DNA of 24,843 nt from Octopus sinensis. Taxonomy: Eukaryota. Under the pieces are notes generated by a model. The model had not been told where the DNA came from, made no database searches, and saw nothing but the letters and a program-made list of their open reading frames with translations. Both the position numbers and the translations under genes were made by a program. Positions 10,089 through 20,979 of this stretch are shown here, in pieces. Location of the stretch: contig NW_021836287.1 of assembly GCF_006345805.1 (NCBI RefSeq), forward strand, positions 1-24,843. The letters run 5' to 3'. Numbering within the stretch: the stretch's first letter is position 1; each line of letters begins with the position of its first letter.

Positions 10089-12435
10089 GATCCCCAACTT
10101 CTGGTTGAAATATCTAACAGGAATGCACAAAAAGCTGGCTGAAAACTTTAACAACGTACTAGCAGAGCCAGAGACAATGCCTGAATGGCTCACGAAGGGG
10201 AAAACCATCTTAATTCCCAAATCAAATGAAACAGAAAAACCAGAGAACTACAGACCAATAACCTGCCTCCCTACTATGTTCAAGGCATTTACTGCAGTGA
10301 TATCACAAAGGCTGAACAAGCACCTGGACGAAAACAAATCGTTCCCAGAAGAGCAGAAAGGATGCCGCAAAGGCTCATATGCCTGTAAAGATCAACTAAT
10401 GATTAATAAAGCCATAACTGAAGACAGCCACAGAAAGAAGAAAGGCCTCAGTATGGCCTGGATTGACTACAAAAAGGCGTTTGATAGCATCCCCCACACA
10501 TGGATCCTCGAAACACTAGCCATTAACAAAGTAGCACCAACAATCATAAAATTCATAGAGCACTCTATGAATAAATGGCAAACAGTCCTACACCTCCAAA
10601 CAAAAGAGGGACTCATGAAAACCAAAGACATCCCCATATAAGAGGAGGAATATTCCAGGGAGATACGCTCTCTCCACTCCTTTTCTGCTTGGCACTGTCA
10701 CCTCTATCTGATATGCTAAATAGAACTGGATGCGGATATAAATGTTACGGCAAAACGATCAGCCACCTTTTTATATATGGATGACCTAAAACTATACGCT
10801 GCAAATGACAACAGCTGGAAACACTATTAAAGACAGTTCATGGATTTACCAAAGAAATAGATATGAAATTTGGATTAGAAAAATGCGCCAAAGTAACCAT
10901 GAAAAGAGGAAAACTAGTTAAGAGTAACAACATCACACTAGATGAAGCAAATGAAATAAAAGAATTAGACCAAAGCCCAACTTACAAATACTTAGGAATC
11001 CATGAACTAGATAAGACACAACACAACACAAATGAAAGAGAAAATAAAAAAAGAATATTATAGACGAGTTAGATCAATACTAAACACAGAGCCCAATGCT
11101 AAAAACAAGATATAGGTATCACACTTTAGCTGTCCCAGTTATAAGTTACAGCTACAATATCCTTAACTGGACACGAAATGAACTGACCAAAATAGACAGG
11201 AAAACAAGAAAAAATAATGACAGGATCTAGGATGCATCACCCAAAATCTGACATAGAAGGACTATATATACAACGTATAGAAGGTGGTAGAGGCCTTATA
11301 CAGCTGGAAAAACTACTATAAAATAACCACCATAGGACTGCAAAAATATCTACTTCAGAAGGAAGGAAAACTGATCCAGATAGCGGCAAAACACGAGCAA
11401 AACAAAAAACTGTTCTCAGTATTTAAGGAAGCTGACAAATACAAACAAGAAATCATACCACCTAATAAACATGAAGAAGAAGAAGAAGAAGATAAAGAAA
11501 CAACAAAAGCTATAAAAAAATGAAATCCAAACTAAAAATAGAACAGCAACGAACCATGATAAAACGATGGCAGGAAAAGCCCCTTCATGGTAAATACTGG
11601 ACTAAACTAAACGCAAAAGAAATAGACAAAGAAAAATCCCAGCAATGGTTGAGAAGCTCAGGACTCAAAGCAGAGACAGAGGGATTTTTAATTACAGCAC
11701 AAGACCAAAGCCTCCCCACCAGAAATTACCAAAAACATGTAATGAAAAGAAATATTACAAGTAACTGCAGAATATGTGGAGATGGACAAGAAACAATAAA
11801 TCATATTATCTCTAGCTGCCAGTCCTGGCTAAGAAGGAATATATTCACAGACATGACAGAGTTGGAACTTACATACATTGGAAGCTATGCCAACATTATG
11901 GAATAACAACAGAAAAAATATGGTATAGGCACACACCAGAAAAGGTCACAGAAAACGAGAAAGCAACCATACTCTGGGATAGCCGATACACACAGATAGA
12001 GAAATTAAGGCCAACAGACCAGATATAGTTGTCAGAGACCATGAAGAAAAAAAGTGCTTTCTAATTGATGTATCAGTACCGGCAGATGACAACGTGTCTC
12101 TAAAAGAAATGGAGAAACTCTCAAAATACAAAGACCTGGAAATAGAGGTAACTAGAATGTGGAATCTGAAAACAGAAACAAGTCCTATCATAGTAGGTGC
12201 ATTAGGCATGATAAAAAAATATTCAGACAAATACATAACAAAAACACCAAAACTTACAAACACATATAACATACAGAAAATTGCACTACTAGGCACTGCA
12301 CACATCCTACGCAGAACACTTTCCATACAATAACCATCAGAGCATCATAACAAATCACAGCACATACCCAAGGCACACAGAGCTGCGCTCGGTAGTGAAG
12401 TGAAAGCACGCTATAAAAATAAAAATAAAATTACT
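10089..12435 (+). mobile_element. 5'-truncated R4/Dong-clade non-LTR retrotransposon (RT plus restriction-like endonuclease), frameshifted
   Basis: RT motifs NYRPITCLPT, WIDYKKAFDS, RGIFQGDTLSPLLF and YMDD (10774-10785). Zinc knuckle CRICGDGQETINHIISSC from 11766. RLE motifs RPDIVVRD..LIDVSVP..EKLSKY. C-terminus IQKIALLGTAHILRRTLSIQ* (stop 12331-12333). ~100-nt 3' UTR running into (AAT)n. Several single-base frameshifts. Confidence 0.93.
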
Positions 12436-12472
12436 AATAATAATAATAATAAGATAATAATATAATAATATG

Positions 12473-12540
<68 letters not shown>

Positions 12541-12619
12541 TATCATAATAATGAAAATAATAATAATAATGCCATCAACAACAACAACAACAACAACAAT
12601 AATAATAATAATAATAATA

Positions 12620-12655
<36 letters not shown>

Positions 12656-12687
12656 GATAATAATAATAATGATAATAATAATAATAT
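12436..12687. repeat. (AAT)n microsatellite with an (AAC)n patch
   Basis: Directly visible. Confidence 0.95.
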
Positions 12688-13031
12688 GTCATAGGTGCCC
12701 TGGGAATGATAGCAAAAGGGGCTGATAGCTACCTAACTCAGATACCAGGAAACCCAAAAATGGCAGAAATTCAAAAGATAGTGCTCATGGGAACTGCTCA
12801 TATCCTACGCAAAATACTTTCCATGTAATCTCAAGGTTTAAAACAAACAATTTTCGGTTTCAAAAAAAAAAAAATTTTTTTAGACATTCATTAGTACAAC
12901 ACCCCCACCCCCCAAATATATGGCACACTAGGCATAACAACAACATGAACTTCCAACCCTGTTGTCTCTTGAGGTCTCTGGGTGAGCCTTGGAGCCAACT
13001 TGTACAAATATAAAGCAAAAGTCAAATATAG
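12688..13031 (+). mobile_element. 3' end of a second, divergent R4/Dong-type LINE family
   Basis: VIGALGMIAKGADSYLTQIPGNPKMAEIQKIVLMGTAHILRKILSM* (stop 12826-12828) is homologous to, but clearly different from, the upstream element's C-terminus. Unrelated ~200-nt 3' UTR; (AAT)n on both sides. Confidence 0.9.
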
Positions 13032-13082
13032 AATAATAATAATAATAATAATAATAACGAAGATATAATAATAATAATAATA

Positions 13083-13114
<32 letters not shown>

Positions 13115-13177
13115 TAATAATATAATAATATTAATAATTAATATTAATAATAATAATGAATAATAATAATAATAATA

Positions 13178-13219
<42 letters not shown>

Positions 13220-13247
13220 TAATAGTAATAAAAATAATGGATAATAA
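13032..13247. repeat. (AAT)n microsatellite
   Basis: Directly visible. Confidence 0.95.
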
Positions 13248-13792
13248 CAGGCAGTGGCTGGCTCTCATGGCTTCTAATCTTAACTGATTGGAAGTGTTAT
13301 CATGTACATTGTTTTGTCTTGGTATAAAAGATGGGCTACAGCAAATATTCTGCTCAATACCATAGATTTGCTTGTCAGTTGTTTGAACATAACCAGTTGA
13401 GCATGTCCCTTAGTGGCTGACGATATGTGCATCTCTGATCACGAGCAGAGAAGTAGTGGGGGAGCATCATAGCCATGTGTTGAGAGGGATTCTTTGGGGT
13501 TTGAATAGTTCACCTCTGGAAACATGGGTGGTTCTTTCAACATCCTTAAACAACCCTTATTCAGGGACCGTTTGAGCGGGATGGGCTACTCAACCTGAAG
13601 AAAATTCTCACTGGGCCCCACCTGCAAGGTCATGTGCTGTTTATCTTGATATGAGATCACCATGTCGCGCACATATGTTTGTGATGCATGTGCCTGGTGT
13701 ACCTTTATCAGACGGGTAGTCATGATGGGTATATTGGGCTTCGTATATTTTACCCCAGTGTCACTTTGATGGCATGAACTGCTCTCTCACTC
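13248..13792. mobile_element. ~545-bp non-coding insert bracketed by (AAT)n
   Basis: Complex sequence with sharp (AAT)n junctions on both sides and no ORF in the track. Repeat status is inferred from context and recall. Confidence 0.55.
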
Positions 13793-13929
13793 AATCATAA
13801 TAATAATAATAATAATAATAATAACATCGAAAATACCATAGGAATGAGAAATTTCCCCAAGCTACCTGATGAAACATCCGTCAAATGTAAATTACGTACT
13901 TAATTCCTCATCTTTTAAATATAGAACTG

Positions 13930-14400
13930 TGTCCATCAGAGATGTACCCAAAGAAAATCCGCATAGGACCCCTCGTGATAACCTATTTTTACCATCAATA
14001 TTGTACGAAACCAAAACCTAGGCCTGGAGGAAGAGAGACGAGCAGAGGATTGTAACTGCTCAAAGAGATGTGAAAATATTAATGCTGAGAATGTCGCCGA
14101 AAAAGCAAATCCAGAGCGAAGTGACCAGAGAAAAATCTGGCGTGAGGAACATCAAAGAATGCAGATGGCAGAAATTCAGGGGCATCGAACGCATCATTCG
14201 GTTTACCAGCAATTGGTGGCCTCGTGTAGTTGTAGAGTGGTAACCGTGCGAGCAGAAGAGGCGACTCGGAAGTCTTACAAAACGGTTGGTTGGCGAAATA
14301 AGACAAGCGTTTGGAGCTATGTGAATTAAGATTTCCAAGATCCAGAAAGGAATGAACGTCGTGTTATGACCAGCGGTGAAGAAAGCTTGGTCGGTTAAGT
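13930..14400 (+). mobile_element. RTE-clade LINE, decayed 3' end
   Basis: Manual translation from 13989: LPSILYETKT*AWRKRDEQRIVTAQRDVKILMLRMS..REKSGVRNIKECRWQKFRG..FTSNWWPRVVVEW*PCEQKRRLG. This follows the RTE C-terminal pattern LPxxxYxxETW..QRxMER.ML..WAGH..RW...EW.P..KR..GRP. Confidence 0.75.
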
Positions 14401-14418
14401 TGAGCAAATATACATATA

Positions 14419-14725
14419 TCACGTGATCACGTGACCGACCAGACCATCAGATGTTGTTACACATCGCTGGTCACAATGCGTTCGCCTTGTTTTAGCCTTC
14501 GAATGACTCCACCCCGCTGGCTAAGCGAGTAGACCAACAGAAGAAAGAGTGGGAGAAAGTGTGGTGGAAGAGTACAGCAGGAATCACCACCCCCTGCCGG
14601 AGCGTCGTGAAGCTTTTTAAGTGTTTTCGCCCAATAAACACTCTCAACGCCCGGTCTGGGAATCGAAACCGCGATCCTGCGACCGCGAGTCCGTTGCCAT
14701 AACCACTGGGCCATTGCGCCTCCAC
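14419..14725 (-). mobile_element. Full-length tRNA-derived SINE family 3 with RTE-like tail
   Basis: A-box TGGCCCAGTGG (14703-14713), B-box GGTTTCGATTCC (14659-14670), 3' end (TCACGTGA)2. The tail shares TGACCAGCG and TGGTCGGT with the adjacent RTE end. Confidence 0.85.
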
Positions 14726-14800
14726 ACACACACACACTATATATCTATATATGTATTATCTATATATATATCTATAATATATATATATTATATATATATA

Positions 14801-14839
<39 letters not shown>

Positions 14840-14895
14840 ATATATAATAATATATTATATATTATATATATATAGATATATACATATAGATATAT

Positions 14896-14953
<58 letters not shown>

Positions 14954-15036
14954 ATATATATATTATACACATATATATATGTGATCAACTCAAACGTCAC
15001 CTCTGGTCATATATATATATATATATATATAATATA

Positions 15037-15088
<52 letters not shown>

Positions 15089-15108
15089 GAGAGGGTGGAG
15101 AGAGAGAG

Positions 15109-15178
<70 letters not shown>

Positions 15179-15190
15179 TTAGATAGATAG
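14726..15190. repeat. Compound (CA)/(TA)/(GA)/(GATA) microsatellite
   Basis: Directly visible. Confidence 0.95.
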
Positions 15191-15194
15191 CTGG

Positions 15195-15300
15195 AATTTA
15201 CCAAAAACAGTCAAGGATAAAAAAACAGGTGTATTAGTTTAACGCTGGAGAAGGTGAGAAAGTGCTTTACGTTTCGAGCCTACGCTCTACAACTGAAAGG
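15195..15300 (-). mobile_element. PLE-like terminal remnant with a decayed hammerhead (15265-15299)
   Basis: Minus strand: CUUU / CAGUUGUA (mutated core) / GAGC-GUAG-GCUC / GAA / ACGU / A / AAG, then a T-rich tail to the (TATC)n tract. Confidence 0.55.
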
Positions 15301-15714
15301 AGCACGAAAATTAAACAGAGAGAGAATATTTATTGGCTAGCTGTGAATCATGGTGATGTACACAGAGGTGGTCAGACAGGAGAGATAGGGAGAAGGGGAG
15401 ATAATGATGTCGTGGTGATCCCAAAAGGAAGGTACTCGTGCGTGTGTATGTGAGAGCGTGTTTGTGCGTGTGGATAGGGGCTGGTGACCTTGACATGTGC
15501 GTGTGTGCATGTGTAATAAATTATACATATTATATTGTGGATACACAAGCCTTTAACTATCATTTAATTATGATGTCACTCATAGACTCAACTTTGTGAC
15601 TTCTTACCATAGTACAGAAATACAAAAGCATATATGTGAGATCTCTTTTCCTATTTGTATTACCGTGTACATATAATATATATATATATATTATATGTGT
15701 GTGTATCTGTGTAT

Positions 15715-16105
15715 TTTTATTTGTTTCAGTCATTTGAGCACCGCTTTTAGTCGAACAACTCGATCCCAGGACTCATTCTTTGTAAGCCTAGTACTTCTTC
15801 TATCGCTTCTTCGGCCGACCGCTAAGTTACGGGGACCTAAACACCTTAGCATCGGTTGTCAAACGATGGTGGGGGGACAAACACAGACACAAAAATATAC
15901 TCGCACGCACGCACGCACGCACACACGCACACACATATGTATACGACTGGCTTCTTTCAGTGTCCGTCTAACAAATCCACTCACAAAGCTTTGGACGACC
16001 CGAGTCTATAGTATGAGACACTCTCCCAAGGTGCAACGCAGAGGGACTGAACCCGGAACCATGTGGTTGGTAAGCAGGCTACTTACCACACAACTATTCC
16101 TGTGC
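15715..16105 (-). mobile_element. Near full-length SINE family 1 with internal microsatellite
   Basis: Minus-strand head gcacaggaatagttgtgtggtaag..ggttccgggttcagtccc (B-box-like), body, internal (CGCA)/(CA) repeat and tail. Serves as the in-window reference for six or more fragments. Confidence 0.85.
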
Positions 16106-16137
16106 TTATATATATATTATGTTGTGTGTGTGTGTGG

Positions 16138-16174
<37 letters not shown>

Positions 16175-16366
16175 ATATATATACGTGTATATATATATAT
16201 ATATAGATATATATATATATATATAATATCTATATAGTAGAAATATGTTACGAAAAGAAAATATAAAATACACGTGGAAATGTAAGGGTGAAATATGAGA
16301 AATCAACGAAAATGCATATTGCAAATAGAAAAAGGCCATTATGACAGGTAACGACAAATATATACA

Positions 16367-16532
16367 TTTAGATTGACTGAGGTAGTAATACGATTCATAA
16401 AAGTCACCGGTGTTGTTCAAACGATGAATAGCTTTGCGTAAACATTGGTTAGTTTTGTTCTCTTACTTTATTATCATCTTATAATCATCTCATATATGAC
16501 TTTTATGACTCGTATTACTGCCTCAGTCAATC

Positions 16533-16536
<4 letters not shown>
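16367..16536. repeat. 40-bp inverted repeat with 90-nt spacer, abutting (TA)n
   Basis: 16367-16406 versus the reverse complement of 16497-16536: 38/40 identical. Confidence 0.9.
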
Positions 16537-16571
<35 letters not shown>

Positions 16572-16577
<6 letters not shown>

Positions 16578-16790
16578 CAATAAATTCAGGTTGAATAGTT
16601 GATAAATGTAAGCACCTGTATGTGCTAGCTAGTAGCATAGGTGAGAGGATACGTGTATCAAATGAAATAAAATGAAAAACAGGACACAAAGGATGTCGCG
16701 GTACATATGTTTCGAGCTTCATAGAACAACCTATTCTTACATCAATGCATAATCGACATAATAGATAGTTCAAAGGCCCTCTTCAGCCGC
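16572..16790 (-). mobile_element. Hammerhead-bearing element ending in (TA)n, probably PLE-derived
   Basis: Intact-core hammerhead followed by a ~125-nt T-rich tail that ends at the (TA)n tract 16537-16571. Confidence 0.55.
16698..16790 (-). ncRNA. Type I hammerhead ribozyme with intact core and long stem II
   Basis: Minus strand: GCGG / CUGAAGA / GGGC..(66-nt stem II domain)..GCUC / GAA / palindromic ACAUAUGU / A / CCGC. All core nucleotides are canonical; GUA triplet; predicted cut between plus coordinates 16702 and 16701. Confidence 0.75.
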
Positions 16791-17650
16791 ATGCAATTGC
16801 TACACCAAAGACTTGTATGATATGGTATTATTTATAATGGTAGGTAAATCGAGTAATACTGGGAAAGTATGTTTGTAAATCTTCATAATCATAATTTTCA
16901 TAATCAAATAGGCTTACATGGTATTATTAGACTCCAAAATATAGTCCATACCGTTTTCTCACTCAATATAGAGTGAATACAGGGTAACTTCCGGCTGGGT
17001 TTATTCTTTTTGTAAGGGAAGGAAAAAAAAGGAAGATTGGATGTTGAGAGAAAGAGAAAAAAGGAGAAAAGAGGGGAATGGGAGGAAACGTTAATGACGT
17101 TGGGATCACAAAAAAATATATATATAAATATAAATATAATTATAAAAGATTATAAAATATAATAAAAAGTAAAGATATAAAAATATAAATAAATAAAGAT
17201 ATAAAGAACGTCAGGTATAAGGTCATAAATTCTAGAAATGTATTGTGAAAGAGTAAAATGTACAAGAAATAATGAGTAAAAAATAAAAAAAAACAAAAAT
17301 AAAGATAAAATGGGATAAAGATAAAAATAAAGATGAAAAGCTACAAGAGTATACAAAGCGGTCGTAAAGACAAAAGGATTAAGATAGAGAGATATAATGG
17401 GTCAAAGTTCTGAAGCTGTGGCGAGCGTCGTAAATTACTTTTAATTATCAGAGGGGGGAGTGATATATGATATAGTTTAGGCGAGTGGTCAGTTTATAGC
17501 AGTCCTACGTTACATGCTTTAAGCCTATCTTGTATGTGTGTACGTGTGTGTCTACATACTTACCCACTCTCACATATATAAACCTGTCTCCTGCAACTAG
17601 TGATATGTCCGGATGTAGGTATCATTACACATCCCATGTCGACCTCAAAT

Positions 17651-17680
17651 CATATATATATATATATATATATATTATAA

Positions 17681-17731
<51 letters not shown>

Positions 17732-18032
17732 CATACACATATACACACACAATATATATACATACATATACCTACACATACACGAACATATGCACACACA
17801 TACATATGAATATATATATATATACACACACACATATATATATATATATAAATACACATACATGTATGCGTCTGTACATGTTCACACATACACACACCTG
17901 CGTACACATACCCATGCATACATATATGTATATGCACATATACATACACACACATATATGTATAGACATATATATATGCATATATTCACCCACAAACACA
18001 AAATATGCACACCCACTCATATACATACACAT

Positions 18033-18063
<31 letters not shown>

Positions 18064-18935
18064 CACATATACATATGTACACATGCACACATATATTCCC
18101 ACATGCACATATATACATTCATATATACACACACATACACATGCACACATACATACACGTACATATAAATACATATACATATATACACACATACAAATGC
18201 ACATATACTTACATGTATACACATATACACATATACACATATACAAACACATACATATAGCCCCACCTATATACACATACATATAGAAAAGTACACATAT
18301 GCATACGCGACGTATCCATACATACAAGTATACGCACACATATGTCCTAATCTACATGCCGATACATTCTCGAATCTACAGGGTGACACGTGTAAATATA
18401 AACTACATATATGAAAAACTATATATATATATAAAACACTATATATATACACATATACATACACATAGACATACGTATGCATGCATATACATATACATAT
18501 ATACATACACATGCATATACACTTGGACATGCATACACATACACATGTGTAGACACCTACATATACACAGCCACATATAAATACACTTATATATACCCAC
18601 ACATACGCATATCTATACACGTATGTGTATCCCCATACACTCGTACAAAAAATACATAAAGGGAAATGCACGCACATACGTATACATACATATGTACACA
18701 CACACACATATATATATATTATATACGCACACATACATGTGCACATATAGGTACATACATACACACATACATACAAACAAACACATGCATATGCATTCAC
18801 ACACTTACGCACACACATGCTAACACACAGGTACACATATATATACACACACATATATATACACACACACATATATACACATATACATATATACATGTGT
18901 GTGTGTACATTTCCGCCAGTACATACGTCCACACA
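17651..18935. repeat. ~1.3-kb degenerate alternating purine-pyrimidine (TA/CA) tract
   Basis: Directly visible; source of the many H/T/Y/I and C/V/M ORFs. Confidence 0.9.
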
Positions 18936-19540
18936 TGCGTACATGTAAATCTCGAAGAGTATAAATCCCCATACCTATACGGTCGAAGGTTCATTCATAC
19001 ACACACGCAGAAAAACACCACACCTTCTAAATATCTATCTTGAATACGGGGATCTAACATTTTAAATTAATTAGCAAGTAAATAATGAGTAAGGGTAAAG
19101 TAAACGGTAAAATTAGAAAAAAGAAAAAGTAAACAAAAAATTAAAAAAAGGAAAAATAAAAATAAAAATATGACGGGTTAATACCCAGAAACCCAAGTCT
19201 GCGTAAATCACGTAAGGCTAGAGATGGGAACGATGATTTCCTTTCGCAAATACTAAACGGACACAGGCCGTGTGTTGTTAGCCAGCTGGTGGACATGTCT
19301 TCCTCGTCCCCTATGGTTCCGTCACATTTAGGTTTCAAATATACTTCACAATTCCGTGCAACTACTGTTTACGTCTCGCTTGTATAAATATTCTTTAGTT
19401 CTTCAAAGCATTTCAGCTTGAAAGTTGCAGTCATGCTGGGTCACCACCGTTTATATACACACACAGAACACGCACACACCCATATACATATATATATGTT
19501 TCGTGTGTGTATATATTTTGTTTAAATATATACATATACG

Positions 19541-19600
<60 letters not shown>

Positions 19601-19602
19601 GT

Positions 19603-19649
<47 letters not shown>

Positions 19650-19724
19650 ATATATTGTGTGGGTGTGTATTGCACAAGTAGATTTATACACACACACAAG
19701 ATTATTCATAAAGAATGAACAAAT

Positions 19725-20322
19725 TTCATTCCGACCAATCTTGGCATAATCGGAAAACTTGGAGTGGCAACATGATTTTCTTAAAGATAGAAGTCAGGTA
19801 GTGGTAGCCAATGGAGCCATATGTAAGGAAATCCAAATAGTGAGTGGTGATTCACACAGCACTATTTTAAACCCACTACCAGTCATAGGGGTCTTCTCAT
19901 AAATGCCATCAGCTGTTCAAATAGCTATCATTGCTAACTATACGGATGACATGAAAGTCTCTCAGAGAATACAGAACCCTGGAGACTTTGCGCGTTTGCA
20001 GCGGGAATTGGATGCAATATACAGGTGGGCAGAGAACAATGCAGTTTAACGATGGAACATTCCATGCACTGCATTACCAGCAGACGAAGCTGATTGAAAA
20101 ATGCAAGCTGAATACACTGCCCCAGGAGGGATTGCAATCCCTATATCAACATCAATCGCGATCTGGGTATTAACATGAATAATGATTCGTCTTTTTCAGG
20201 TTAATATGACAAAGTTTGCAATAAATTACAGACGGATAGTTGAATGGAACCTTAGATTTTCAGAATAACAGAACAGGAATCCATGATAGTCCTCGGGAGG
20301 ATATTAGTCTTCAGTCACTTAG
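19725..20322 (+). mobile_element. CR1/L2-group LINE reverse-transcriptase relic
   Basis: Manual translation: LGIIGKLGV..FLKDRSQVVVANG..VSG..YTDD (19939-19950)..LQRELDAIYRWAENN/MQFN..DLGINMNND..WNLR. Pattern of CR1-type RT domains 4-7 and the downstream region; heavily decayed. Confidence 0.75.
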
Positions 20323-20391
20323 GAACTACAAATGAGGGCAGCAACATCAAACTTTCTCAAATGCCACATATTAGATGTAACAAAATTAACT

Positions 20392-20437
20392 GGAGTGCCC
20401 CAGCATGACCGCAGCTCTTGAGCTGAAACCAATAAAA
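20392..20437 (+). mobile_element. SINE family 1, 3' tail fragment
   Basis: ggagtgccccagcatgaccgcagctcttgagctgaaaccaataaaa matches the 5971 tail. Confidence 0.7.
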
Positions 20438-20659
20438 TTAGACATGCTTACTACACCTTCCCTACTGGGACCAATCACTTCCTCGCACCTGTTTTAATGA
20501 GGATATAATTAATTTCATTTGTAACTTCCATATCATAGACTGTGTTGCGTGATATTAGTAATTATCTAAATATCTAGAATGCTTGTAGACTTCAATATAT
20601 TTCTTTCAAATCTTCTGACATGCTGTAAAGCGATGCAGAGCACCGCGTTTGGACACCAA

Positions 20660-20714
20660 GTATATATACATACATACATACATATTATATATACACACAT
20701 TTATACATACATAC

Positions 20715-20770
<56 letters not shown>

Positions 20771-20779
20771 TAATTATTA

Positions 20780-20813
<34 letters not shown>

Positions 20814-20890
20814 CACATATATAGAGATAGATAGATCGCTAGATAGATAGATAGATAGATAGAGAGATAGATAGATAGATAGATAGATAT
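20660..20890. repeat. (TA)n/(GATA)n compound microsatellite
   Basis: Directly visible. Confidence 0.95.
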
Positions 20891-20979
20891 TATATGGTAA
20901 AATGTGATCAAGAGAAATAGTAATCTTAAGATTATAAACCTGGAAAAGTACAGGACAATTTATTGCATCTGGTAAATTA

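Noticed and set aside
13417-13423. CUGACGA core in the 545-bp insert
   Set aside because: Followed by a hairpin and GAAG, with no GAAA or stem III/UH geometry.
14419-14434. Tandem E-boxes (CACGTG x2) as a regulatory site
   Set aside because: Explained as the SINE's terminal (TCACGTGA)n repeat.
14659-14725. tRNA gene
   Set aside because: A and B boxes are present but there is no complete cloverleaf; the head continues into a SINE body. The same applies at 3680 and 23364.
19172-19387. 72-codon open frame with DDFLSQILNG, faintly like mariner DFLxxIVTGD
   Set aside because: The catalytic Asp and flanking motifs are absent, there is no start codon and no convincing splice sites.
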